A stretch of 60,767 nucleotides of DNA, the filler included. It is 7 parts of 7 records of this genome, joined end to end, with 100 filler letters (N's around TTAATTAATTAA, not from the genome) between each part and the next. Parts side by side here need not be neighbours in the genome. Positions count along the whole stretch, not along the records: positions 30,714 to 41,128 come from SRR31156797_38296; positions 41,229 to 48,891 come from SRR31156797_38297; 5 more parts are not named here. One strand, given 5' to 3'. Below, one piece after another: positions 37,953 to 48,191 of this stretch (position 1 is its first letter; every line of letters starts with the position of its first letter). The position numbers were made by a program, and so were the translations under genes. The notes beneath the pieces were generated by a model. It saw nothing but the letters and a program-made list of their open reading frames with translations. It did no database searches and was not told the DNA's origin.

Positions 37953-39185
37953 ATGAACGAACATATCCAGGGATCAAATTCAAAAAATCTGACCATTATA
38001 AAATGGCTAACCTTCCTTATGTTTATGATGTTTGCCATGACCACCGATGCAGTGGGCGTAATTATTCCTGAAGTAATGAAACAATTTCAGGTGGGAATGA
38101 CTGCTGCAGGATTAATGCACTATACCCCAATGATTGCCATTGCTTTGGCTGGTGTTTTTCTGGGTTTTCTTGCCGATAGACTTGGACGAAAAACAACCAT
38201 TATTTTTGGGCTTGGCATTTTTGCAGTAAACTCATACCTCTACATTATTGGTAATACCTTTGGTTTTATTTTAAGCCTTATGGCAATTGGAGGCCTGGCT
38301 ATTGGAATTTTTAAAACCGGCGCACTTGCACTAATTGGCGATATCAGCAAATCAACAAAAGAACATACTTCAACAATGAACAATGTGGAAGGCTTTTTTG
38401 CCGTTGGAGCTATCATTGGGCCTTTTATAGTTTCATATTTATTAACGAAGAACGTGGCGTGGCAATGGCTGTACGTTGTAGCCGGTACATTATGCGTTAT
38501 TCTGATAATTATGGCACTGGTAGTTAAATACCCCAAAACGGAAAAAGAAACAGAAGAACCGGTTAATATGAAAGGAGCATTTAAGTTACTTAAAGATCCT
38601 TATGCATTGGGCTTTTCATTAGGGGCATTCTTATATGTTGCAGTTGAATGTGCCATTTACGTATGGATGCCAACACTAATTGCCGATTACAATGGAAGCC
38701 TGGTTTTATTAGCTACCTATGCCCTATCTATATTTTTTATTCTTCGTGCCGGAGGTCGTTTCTTAGGTGCCTGGTTAATGCACCAATTTAACTGGGCAGT
38801 GATATTAAGCATTTTTAGTTTTCTTATTTTACTTTGCTTTCTGTTAAGTGTTATCGGTGGTTTAAATTGGGCAGTAGTACTACTACCTTTATCAGGGCTG
38901 TTTATGTCGGTTATTTACCCCACTATTAATTCGAAAGGTATTAGCTGTTTTCCAAAAGCAAAGCACGGTTCAATTGCAGGCGTTATATTATTTTTTACGG
39001 CAGCAGGTGCAGCTCTCGGACCATTGGCAATGGGTGCTGTAAGCGATGCTTTTGAACAAAATGCCCATTATGGATTTATACTTGCTACGGTATTTGCAGC
39101 GATTTTGTTTGCCGGTATTATTGCCAACCTCATTTTTAATCCTACAAAAGCAAGACTTCAACAACTCGACGAAAGTGAATACTAA
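37953..39185 (+). CDS. MFS sugar transporter (FucP/GluP-like)
   Basis: About 12 TM, GFLADRLGRK motif A, FLYVAVE, GLFMSVIYPTI. Confidence 0.9.
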   Translation: MNEHIQGSNSKNLTIIKWLTFLMFMMFAMTTDAVGVIIPEVMKQFQVGMTAAGLMHYTPMIAIALAGVFLGFLADRLGRKTTIIFGLGIFAVNSYLYIIGNTFGFILSLMAIGGLAIGIFKTGALALIGDISKSTKEHTSTMNNVEGFFAVGAIIGPFIVSYLLTKNVAWQWLYVVAGTLCVILIIMALVVKYPKTEKETEEPVNMKGAFKLLKDPYALGFSLGAFLYVAVECAIYVWMPTLIADYNGSLVLLATYALSIFFILRAGGRFLGAWLMHQFNWAVILSIFSFLILLCFLLSVIGGLNWAVVLLPLSGLFMSVIYPTINSKGISCFPKAKHGSIAGVILFFTAAGAALGPLAMGAVSDAFEQNAHYGFILATVFAAILFAGIIANLIFNPTKARLQQLDESEY

Positions 39186-39239
39186 AGGGGAATAGTATTG
39201 GTTGGGTTAGTTGAAAATAAATATATCATATTTAGTAAC

Positions 39240-39269
39240 AAAAGGAAGTCAATTGGCTTCCTTTTTTTT
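39240..39269 (+). terminator. Intrinsic terminator of the sugar operon
   Basis: AAAAGGAAGTC/GGCTTCCTTTT hairpin with a T8 tract. Confidence 0.8.
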
Positions 39270-39434
39270 GATTTTACCCATCAGAATCTGAATTATTTTT
39301 CCTGTTTGAGATAGCCGACTTCAACTTATTGTTATATTTACAATATAAAAAGTTAAATGATGTGTAGTTAATGCCACCGGCAATTATTTTTACCACTTTT
39401 ATTAAACGGAAAAGTTAATACAAACGGATAAATT

Positions 39435-41128
39435 ATGAACTTAAAAATCAACTTGACCATGCTACTGGCAGTTATACTGTTTGCATGTACACAAAAATCC
39501 CCGACAACTGAAACGTTTCAATCTTCCTTACTTCAGTATGATTCTGAAATTGATGGCATTATTGCCCAAATGACACTGGAAGAGAAAGTGAGTATGCTCC
39601 ACGGAAAACATATGTTTGTTTCGGCCGGAGTTGAAAGACTTGGCATTGCCGACATGGTTTATGTCGATGGACCTTTCGGCATTCGGGAGGAAATGCAACC
39701 TGATGGCTGGGCAGGTTTAGGCTGGGAAACCGATAAAGCTACTTTTTTTCCAACCGGTTCGGCTTTGGCAGCCACGTGGAGTCCGGAGTTAGCCTATGCT
39801 TATGGAACCGGAATGGCCACTGAAGCCCGTTTACGTGGTAAGGATGTAATTTTAGGACCTGCAATAAATATTCAGCGAATTCCAACCGGAGGACGTACTT
39901 ATGAATACATGAGTGAAGATCCGTTCCTTAGTGCTCAATTAGCTGTTCAATATACAAAAGGAGCACAAGATAAAGGAGTTGCAGCTTGTTTAAAACATTA
40001 TGCTCTAAACAACCAGGAAAATAACAGGGGCACTGTAGATGTTATTATTGGTGAGCGTGCCATGCGGGAAATCTACCTGCCACCATTTAAAGCTGCTGTT
40101 CAGGAAGCTGATGCCTACAGTGTAATGTCGGCCTACAACAAAGTTCAAGGTTGGTGGTGTGCCGAGAACGATATGCTTTTAAATCAGATTCTTCGTGATG
40201 AATGGGGATTTTCCGGATTTGTCGTTTCTGACTGGAGTGGCACACACTCCACGGTTGAATCGGTAAAACATGGTTTAAACGTAGAAATGCCCGATAGCAA
40301 GTTCCTTGGTCAGGCTTTACTCGATTCAGTAAAAGCCGGTGCCGTATCAGAAAAAATAATTGATTTACGTGTAAGAGAAATATTAAGAGTAAGAAAGGCC
40401 ATTGATCCTGTTCCTGCTGAAAAGGCAAACCAGGTTGTAACATCTCAGCCTGAATCCCAGAAAATAGCCTACGATGTGGCATGTAAATCCATTGTGCTAT
40501 TGAAAAACGAAGGTATTCTGCCAATCGACCTTAATAACAAGCCAAGCATAGCTATAATTGGAGAAAATGCTGTGCGTGAAATGGGAGGAGGCGGAATTGG
40601 AGCCGGTGTAAAAACCTTATACGAAGTGACACCACTTGAAGGATTAAAAAACAAAATTGGAGACAAAGCCAAACTTATTTATGCACAAGGTTATATTCCT
40701 GTTGAATTGGATTATGCAAGAATTTTTGGCAATAAACCACAGGAGGAAATTGACAAGGAAGAAAAAGCCAAGACAGTATTGAATAAAAAACTCACACAGG
40801 AAGCCGTAAAAATAGCTGCTAAGGCCGACATTGTTTTATTTATTGGTGGCAATAACCGCGCTGTAGAAACTGAAGCAAATGATCGTACAACCATCATGCT
40901 GCCATCGGGGCAAGACAAACTAATCAAAGAAATTGCCAAAGTAAATCCAAATATTGTTACTGTATTGGTTAGTGGTGCTCCAAACGACTTAAGTACCGTT
41001 AAGCCCAATTCGAAGGCTTTAATTCAATCGTGGTTTAATGGTACCGAAGGAGGTAATGCTTTAGCTGATATCCTGGTTGGAAATATTTCTCCAAGCGGTC
41101 GTTTACCATTTACATTGCCCATAAAACT
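39435..41128 (+). CDS. GH3 beta-glucosidase lipoprotein, 3' truncated
   Basis: Lipobox LFA-C; QMTLEEK, DGPFGIR, EYMSEDP, KHY, nucleophile SDW, SIVLLKN, PSGRLPFT. Confidence 0.92.
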
Positions 41129-41228
41129 NNNNNNNNNNNNNNNNNNNNNNNNNNNNNNNNNNNNNNNNNNNNTTAATTAATTAANNNNNNNNNNNNNNNN
41201 NNNNNNNNNNNNNNNNNNNNNNNNNNNN
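41129..41228. other. Artificial contig linker
   Basis: 44 N + TTAATTAATTAA + 44 N. Confidence 0.98.
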
Positions 41229-41471
41229 TGATAAAACCAGAGCCCTAGTACACTAGGATACTTGCAAGATACAACTATATCTTTTTCATGTCAATACTTG
41301 TTAGCTCTTAAAAATGTTAATATTTCTAACAAATGTTATTTTTTTACGAAATGATTGTCGTGTTTGTGGAAATGCAACTGTTTAACCTCACGTTAACATA
41401 TTAATTCTGTTAATCCTTAGCATTCTATCATTTATCATATATATATTTGCTACCTGTTTTTTATCTGAGGT

Positions 41472-42023
41472 ATGAAAATTAGAAAATTACTTAGAATATT
41501 ACATCGCGATTTAGGGTATTTTATTGTTGGCATGACCATTGTTTATGCGGTTTCAGGAATTTACCTTAACCACAGGCACGATTTTAATCCTGATTATAAA
41601 ATAACAGTTACTGATTTTCAGGTAGATATACCGGAAAAAGTTAGATATAGCGACCAGGAAGTAAATGATATTGTTCAATCCGTTAAACCCGGGGTAGTTT
41701 ATAAAAAGCATTATAAGAACAGGGAAGGTGATATTAAAGTTTTTATCGCGAATGGAGAGGTGGTTTTTAATCCTGAAACCGGTGAAGGAACAATGCGTTA
41801 TTTACAACGTCGTCCTCTAATCTTTAGTATGAACAAATTGCATAAGGCAAACATCGGTACTATGTGGAAATGGGTAAGTGACTTTATGGCAGTAATTTTA
41901 CTGTTTGTAGCTGTATCGGGGCTGTTTTTATTAAAAGGAAAAAGAAGTTTACAACGCTGGGGGTGGTGGTTAACCATCGCCGGATTTGTTGTACCTGTCA
42001 TATTTATATTTCTGTTTACTTAA
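41472..42023 (+). CDS. PepSY-associated TM helix protein
   Basis: LHRDLGYF...SGIYLNH and NKLHK...W.WVSD...SGL motifs. Confidence 0.88.
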   Translation: MKIRKLLRILHRDLGYFIVGMTIVYAVSGIYLNHRHDFNPDYKITVTDFQVDIPEKVRYSDQEVNDIVQSVKPGVVYKKHYKNREGDIKVFIANGEVVFNPETGEGTMRYLQRRPLIFSMNKLHKANIGTMWKWVSDFMAVILLFVAVSGLFLLKGKRSLQRWGWWLTIAGFVVPVIFIFLFT

Positions 42024-42046
42024 CAAACAATCTAAATTACTTTAAT

Positions 42047-42541
42047 ATGAAAAAAATTGCATTACTAAGCATTGTGGCTCTTTTTATTTTTGCATGTGGT
42101 CAACAAAATAAGGGGCAAAAAAACAAAGAAGAAGTAAAACAGGAAACTGTTGTTTATACGGTTGATGATCTGCTAAATAACGCAGCAGAACTGACCAATA
42201 ATGAAATTGTGATAAAAGGTACTGTTTTACATGTTTGCCAGCATGGTGGTGGTCGTTGTTATTTAATGGGAAGTACCGAAGATTACTCAATCCGTATAGA
42301 AGCCGGCGAGAAGATCGGAGCTTTTTCGCAGGAGCAAATGGGTAGCGATTTGGAGATTACCGGAATATTGAGAGAGGTGAAAACAGAAGCAGATGCTCAT
42401 AATCCGGCCAAAGAGCATGGTACGGAAGCAGAACACGAAGAAGATAAAGAAACAAAAAATGCGCACAAGCTTATTGCAGAGAATGAGGAAGCAGCGGAGA
42501 CGGTTTATTTTATTGAAGGATTAACTGTAAAGGAATTGTAA
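42047..42541 (+). CDS. Lipoprotein with OB-fold-like domain and Cys/His motifs
   Basis: Lipobox IFA-C; GTVLHVCQHGGGRC; His/Glu-rich insert. Confidence 0.75.
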   Translation: MKKIALLSIVALFIFACGQQNKGQKNKEEVKQETVVYTVDDLLNNAAELTNNEIVIKGTVLHVCQHGGGRCYLMGSTEDYSIRIEAGEKIGAFSQEQMGSDLEITGILREVKTEADAHNPAKEHGTEAEHEEDKETKNAHKLIAENEEAAETVYFIEGLTVKEL

Positions 42542-42573
42542 GAACTTAAGCGAAATATAGAAAAGGAGAGCAT

Positions 42574-43038
42574 CTACTGTTCTCCTTTTTTAGGGTCTTC
42601 TGCCGGAACAAAATTTAGCGAAACAGAGTTTACGCAATGGCGGGTATTTTTAGACGTAAAACCTTCGTCATAAAACACATGCCCTAAATGACCTCCACAG
42701 TTATTACAGGTAATCTCAGTTCTTCTTCCATCAACATCAACCGATTTCAAAACTGCTCCTTCAATTTCATCATCAAAACTGGGCCATCCGCAATTTGAAC
42801 TGAATTTGTCGCTTGAACGAAACAAAGCAGCACCACATTGTTTACAGGTATAAGTGCCCTCAGCTTTATGGTCGTTGTATTTACCGGTAAAAGGACGTTC
42901 TGTTCCCTTCTTTATAATTACAAAGTGTTCAAAATCAGTCAATTTGTTGTATTTCATTTTTGTGGTGTCTTGTTGTTGTGCTAGTGCTGAAAAATACGTA
43001 AGCCCAACCAGAATAACTATTACAAAGATTGTTTTCAT
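42574..43038 (-). CDS. msrB: Peptide-methionine (R)-S-oxide reductase, exported
   Basis: [35 protein letters not shown]-terminal signal peptide. Confidence 0.95.
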   Translation of the reverse strand: MKTIFVIVILVGLTYFSALAQQQDTTKMKYNKLTDFEHFVIIKKGTERPFTGKYNDHKAEGTYTCKQCGAALFRSSDKFSSNCGWPSFDDEIEGAVLKSVDVDGRRTEITCNNCGGHLGHVFYDEGFTSKNTRHCVNSVSLNFVPAEDPKKGEQ

Positions 43039-43150
43039 AAAGTAAAAACAATTTATTATGAACTTGGTTTAAATTTGGTTTTAATGTTTTAGGTATGTTC
43101 ATACATTCAATTAAACAGTATTGTTAACTTTGATGAATACGTAATAGATT

Positions 43151-43849
43151 ATGGAGATTGAGGTACTTTATCAGGATGATGATTTAATAGTGGTGAACAA
43201 GCCTATTGAATTACCGGTTCATAAAAATGATTTTATGCCCAATGATGCGGCCTATTTAACAAAACTTATTGGCGAAAAAACCGGAAAATGGATTTACAAT
43301 GTCCATCGACTTGATTCAAAAACATCAGGTGTAATTGTTTTGGCTTTTTCTTCAGAAATAGCAAAAGCATTGACTCTGCAGTTTGAACGAAAAGAAGTGA
43401 ACAAAACCTATTATGCTATTGTTCAGGGGAATCCTGGAGAAGGAATGTTTAACGACAAGGTGCTGGTGAAGAAAAAAACGAAATTTAAAAAGCCGGCTGT
43501 TACTCGCTTTAAAACACTTCAAACAGTTAAAACCCGGATTAGCGTTAAAGACAAACAAAACATTGAGCTAAGCCTAGTTCAAATAAATCCGGAGACCGGA
43601 CGGTGGCATCAGCTTCGACAGCATTTTGCTAAAAATCGTTTTGATATTTTGGGAGATACGCATCACGGAGATTTTACCCTAAACAAAATTGTATTGGCAG
43701 ACTCTGGAATTCGGCGATTATTTCTTCATGCCGGCGAACTGGAACTTTTACATCCAAAAAGCAGCGAAAGGTTCTGTTTTAAGGCAATATTGCCCGGAGA
43801 TTTTCAAAAAGTGCTTGATTTCTATTCCGAATTTAACAAGAAAGAATAG
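43151..43849 (+). CDS. RluA/TruC family pseudouridine synthase
   Basis: VVNKP, HRLDSKTSG (catalytic Asp), TGRWHQLRQH, LFLHA. Confidence 0.92.
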   Translation: MEIEVLYQDDDLIVVNKPIELPVHKNDFMPNDAAYLTKLIGEKTGKWIYNVHRLDSKTSGVIVLAFSSEIAKALTLQFERKEVNKTYYAIVQGNPGEGMFNDKVLVKKKTKFKKPAVTRFKTLQTVKTRISVKDKQNIELSLVQINPETGRWHQLRQHFAKNRFDILGDTHHGDFTLNKIVLADSGIRRLFLHAGELELLHPKSSERFCFKAILPGDFQKVLDFYSEFNKKE

Positions 43850-43910
43850 GATTATAGTTTTCCGTAATATGTATTAAATCACAGAAATAACAGCAATCAA
43901 AAATTTTATT

Positions 43911-46682
43911 ATGAACCAAAGATATATCTTACTTTTTATATTTACTCTTATTATCCAAATGGTTGTAGCTCAGCAACCGGCTAAAAAATCATTGCAAATT
44001 TCAGATTTTCCATCATGGAATACTATTCCCAACAAAGAAATATCAAACAATGGAAAATACTTTTCTTATGAACAAAATCCTCAAAAAGGAGATGGTACTT
44101 TGTACTTGCTAAATTCCAATCGAAGATATGATTTTAATCGTGGTTGTAAAGCACGGTTTGGGAGCGAAAATGATGTATTGGTTTACCACATAAAACCACA
44201 AGCAGATTCAATTCGCCAAGCCAAATTAGATAAGGTAAAAAAGGAAAATATGCCAAAGGATAGCCTGGGAATATTTCTTTTTAAACGTGAAGAGACATTT
44301 AAATACCCAAAGGTAAAATCCTTTAAATTGCCAAAAGAAAATGCTCGTTGGATAGCCTTTTTACTCGAGCCTGAAATCGAAAAAAACGATTCAAGCCAAA
44401 CCAAAACAAAGCAGCCAGGAGAGCATTTGGTATTGTTTAATATTCAATTAAAAGACACGATTTCGCTTAGCAATGTTACTGAGTACTCGTGGTCAAAAAA
44501 CGGAAGTTATCTGGCTTGTATTCAACAAACAAAAGATTCCGTTAATACTTATTCCAAGTTGTTGAAATTCGATTCTGAATCCGGTTCTTTTTCAGAAAAA
44601 TACAGCATTACAGGTTGGCTAAAAAAAGCCTCTTTGGATGACAATGGTAAACAATGTGCCTTTATTGCCTCGAAAGATACGGTGGACGAAAAGACCTATG
44701 AATTGTATCTAAATAATGGTGCCGAGTCTCGATTGATTGTAAACAGCTTAACCCGAAATATGCCAATAGGTTGGTCGGTTAGCGAGTACGGAAAAATCAA
44801 TTTCTCTGAAGATGCGGATAAACTGTATTTTGGAACAGCCAAGATCCCGGAAGCGATCCCGGAAGATACTTTGCTAGATGAAGAAAAACCAAAACTTGAT
44901 GTTTGGAACTGGAAGGATAAAAAACTTCAGCCACAACAATTATTGGAGGTTAAAAAGGAAAAAGAGCGTTCATATAGGGCCGTTTATCGAATTGAAGACG
45001 GAGAGTTTATGCAGTTGGGCGACTTAACCATCAGAGATGTTAAAACAATTGAAAAAGGTAATAACCGAACGATACTGGGGATTAATGATCAACCTTACCT
45101 GCGGGAATCGAGCTGGACAGGAAAAAGAATACGGGATTATTATTTGATTGATATTGAAACCGGGATTAAACGTGAAATCATTAAGGCCAAAAGTTTTGTA
45201 CGCTTATCGCCAATGGGGAAGTTTGTACTGTGGTACGAGCCTGAGGATAGTAGTTATTATTGTGTTTCAACCGATATTAACAATCTTGAAGTGATTGCAC
45301 TTACCCGCCAAATTCCGGTAAGTTTTTATAACGAATGGAACGATCGACCAATGGATCCAAATCCTTATGGAGTGGCCGGTTGGAGCGAAGATGATCGCTT
45401 TGTTTACATTTATGACCGTTACGATATATGGCGGATTGATCCAACGGGAGAGCGTGTTCCGGTGTGTGTTACCAAAGCTTTTGGACGAAGAAACAAAACA
45501 AGGTTACGATACAAAAAACTTGATCCTGAATTGGAACACATACCCACCAATGAAACTATATTATTAACTGCAATCGATGAAAGGACAATGTCACAAGGCT
45601 TTTTCAGCGCCAGGTTAGGCCAGGTAAAAGATCCTGATTTACTGGTCATGGACAAGTATATGTTTTCAGATCTAAAAAAGGCGAAAGAAGCCGACAAGGT
45701 GATTTGGACAAAACAAAATGTGAAAAGTTTTCCAAATGTTTGGTGCAGTAATCTGGACTTTAAACATGCCCGGAAATTATCGGATGCCAATCCGCAACAA
45801 AAAGAATATATCTGGCCCGAAGTTGAACTGGTTGAATGGACTTCTTTTTCGGGTGAAAGCTTAAAAGGGCTTTTATATAAGCCGGATAAATTTGATCCGA
45901 CTCTGAACTATCCGATGATAGTATATTTTTACGAACGTAGTGCGGAAACCATGCACATGCACCATTACCCCAAGCCCAGCCGGTCGACTATTAACCGTAC
46001 ATTTTATACCAGCAATAACTACCTGGTTTTTGTCCCCGATATAACCTACAAAAATGGCTATCCCGGCCAAAGTGCTTACAACGCAATTGTTAGCGGAACT
46101 CAGTATTTATTAAATAAATATAAGTTTATCAATCCGAAAAGGATTGGCTTACAAGGGCAAAGCTGGGGCGGATATCAAACCGCGTGGTTGATTACACAAA
46201 CCGATTTGTATGCTGCAGCCATGGCAGGGGCACCGGTTAGTAACATGACAAGTGCCTATGGCGGAATTCGATGGGGATCAGGTATGAGCAGGATGTTTCA
46301 ATACGAACACACACAAAGTCGTATTGGTGGAACACTCTGGGATAAACCTTTGCTCTATCTCGAGAACTCACCACTATTTCATGCTCCTAAAATAAAAACG
46401 CCACTTTTAATGATGCATAACGATAAGGATGGAGCTGTTCCCTGGTATCAGGGAATTGAGCTGTTTGTTGCTCTCCGGAGACTGAATAAACCGGTGTGGT
46501 TGCTTAATTATAATGACCAACCGCATAACCTGGCTGAAAAAAGCTGGGCAAACCGAATGGATCTGAGTACGAAGATGTTTCAATTCTTTAATCATTACTT
46601 AAAAGGCGATTCTGCACCAGAATGGTTGGAGAAAGGTATTCCGGCTATTGATAAGAGAAAAACCCAGGAAAAAAATAATTAA
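43911..46682 (+). CDS. S9 family prolyl oligopeptidase/acylaminoacyl peptidase
   Basis: Signal peptide, propeller-like region, GQSWGGY nucleophile, NDKDGAV and PH catalytic motifs. Confidence 0.92.
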   Translation: MNQRYILLFIFTLIIQMVVAQQPAKKSLQISDFPSWNTIPNKEISNNGKYFSYEQNPQKGDGTLYLLNSNRRYDFNRGCKARFGSENDVLVYHIKPQADSIRQAKLDKVKKENMPKDSLGIFLFKREETFKYPKVKSFKLPKENARWIAFLLEPEIEKNDSSQTKTKQPGEHLVLFNIQLKDTISLSNVTEYSWSKNGSYLACIQQTKDSVNTYSKLLKFDSESGSFSEKYSITGWLKKASLDDNGKQCAFIASKDTVDEKTYELYLNNGAESRLIVNSLTRNMPIGWSVSEYGKINFSEDADKLYFGTAKIPEAIPEDTLLDEEKPKLDVWNWKDKKLQPQQLLEVKKEKERSYRAVYRIEDGEFMQLGDLTIRDVKTIEKGNNRTILGINDQPYLRESSWTGKRIRDYYLIDIETGIKREIIKAKSFVRLSPMGKFVLWYEPEDSSYYCVSTDINNLEVIALTRQIPVSFYNEWNDRPMDPNPYGVAGWSEDDRFVYIYDRYDIWRIDPTGERVPVCVTKAFGRRNKTRLRYKKLDPELEHIPTNETILLTAIDERTMSQGFFSARLGQVKDPDLLVMDKYMFSDLKKAKEADKVIWTKQNVKSFPNVWCSNLDFKHARKLSDANPQQKEYIWPEVELVEWTSFSGESLKGLLYKPDKFDPTLNYPMIVYFYERSAETMHMHHYPKPSRSTINRTFYTSNNYLVFVPDITYKNGYPGQSAYNAIVSGTQYLLNKYKFINPKRIGLQGQSWGGYQTAWLITQTDLYAAAMAGAPVSNMTSAYGGIRWGSGMSRMFQYEHTQSRIGGTLWDKPLLYLENSPLFHAPKIKTPLLMMHNDKDGAVPWYQGIELFVALRRLNKPVWLLNYNDQPHNLAEKSWANRMDLSTKMFQFFNHYLKGDSAPEWLEKGIPAIDKRKTQEKNN

Positions 46683-46739
46683 AATATCAACTGTTTATTT
46701 TCTTTTTTAGACTGCAGTATTTATAATTGCAATTATCAA

Positions 46740-48098
46740 ATGCACAATACTATGATGAAATATTTTACCATCTTCTTTTTTTTGATACTTTCTATCCCCA
46801 CATTATTTGCTGGAAATAAGGAAATAACCACATATAAAATTGGATGTAATAAAAATTACTATCCCTATATAACCATTAATGAAAATACCGGGAAACTGGA
46901 AGGTCTTATAATTGAATGGTGGGATTTATGGGGGCAAAAGAAAGGTGTTCAATTGGAATATGTTTCACTAAGTATCGATGAATGTATTGAAGAAACCTCG
47001 AAGGGAAATATTGATGCAATTGCTGGACTTTTTTACAGTGAAGAAAGGGCAAAGCAACTAAGTTTTTCTGAGCCCTTGTTACGTATGGAAACCGTAGTAT
47101 TTGTTCAAAAAGGTGAAAAAGTGGACTCCATTCAGCACATCTCCCAGGAAATTGGGATATTAAATAACGACCTAGCTTATAATTACCTGGCTAACCGATA
47201 TCCAACCCTGAGGATAAAAACATATCGTGAGATCAGTCAATTCCGTTCAGATATTAAAAATAACAAGCTTTTTGCTTTCGTGTACGACCTGCCACATCCT
47301 TTACGAAATACCAAACCCGCAAAACCCCCCAAAGGGTATAATATTTTGCATCCTCTTTTTGAAGAAAAACTGCGCGTTGCTGTTAAAAAGGGCAACGACC
47401 ATATGTTGAATGAAGTGGTTGCAGGGGCGGCCGATATTACTGATGATGATGTTCTGGAATTAGCCAATAAGTACGACGTTTTTCAACCGGATAGAACAGT
47501 ATTTCTTGTTTTGCTGATTTGTGGGATTGTTTTTGGAGTTATTATTGGAGCGGTGGCCTTTCGTTTGTCAAAAAGCAGGCGCCGGATAAAAGAGCTGGAA
47601 AATACATTGTCGACATCGGATGTGCAATTGATTATTGATAAAGGAGAGACTGATTTTATTGAATTTAAGTCATCACTTCGTTGGGACTACCGCCAGGACA
47701 AACCCAACAAGGCGCTTGAAAAAGTAATTGCCAAAACCATTTCTGCTTTTCTGAACTCAAAAGGAGGAATGCTTCTGATTGGTGTTAATGACCAGGGAAA
47801 TATTCTTGGACTGGAAAAGGATTATTTTACTACCAGCAAGAAAAACCGTGATGGTTTTTTATTGGCCCTTACCGCACTAATCAATTCTTTTATGGGTAAA
47901 GATGTGCACAAATTCCTCAATATAAATATTATAACAGTAAGCGATAAAGATGTTTGTATATTAAGTGTTGAACCTTCAAATAAACCGGTATTTATTGGCA
48001 GCAAAGATAAAGAAGAGTTCTATATCCGTGCATCGGCCTCGTCGCAGCCATTAGGTGTTCGCGAAACTTATAACTATATTCAGTCGAAGTGGAATTAG
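46740..48098 (+). CDS. Periplasmic family 3 substrate-binding domain - TM - Schlafen/AlbA_2 domain fusion
   Basis: Signal peptide; YYPY...EG, GNIDAIAGLFYSEERAKQLSFSEP, AVKKGN (SBP_bac_3); one TM; GETDFIEFKSS...ISAFLNSKGGMLLIGVNDQG (AlbA_2). Confidence 0.88.
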   Translation: MHNTMMKYFTIFFFLILSIPTLFAGNKEITTYKIGCNKNYYPYITINENTGKLEGLIIEWWDLWGQKKGVQLEYVSLSIDECIEETSKGNIDAIAGLFYSEERAKQLSFSEPLLRMETVVFVQKGEKVDSIQHISQEIGILNNDLAYNYLANRYPTLRIKTYREISQFRSDIKNNKLFAFVYDLPHPLRNTKPAKPPKGYNILHPLFEEKLRVAVKKGNDHMLNEVVAGAADITDDDVLELANKYDVFQPDRTVFLVLLICGIVFGVIIGAVAFRLSKSRRRIKELENTLSTSDVQLIIDKGETDFIEFKSSLRWDYRQDKPNKALEKVIAKTISAFLNSKGGMLLIGVNDQGNILGLEKDYFTTSKKNRDGFLLALTALINSFMGKDVHKFLNINIITVSDKDVCILSVEPSNKPVFIGSKDKEEFYIRASASSQPLGVRETYNYIQSKWN

Positions 48099-48191
48099 GT
48101 TGCTCAATTTTATGACCTGATGATATTTTTACCACATTTTGATGTAACGAAATATTATCACCTGCGTCTTATGAGAAACAAAAACAAGGTC

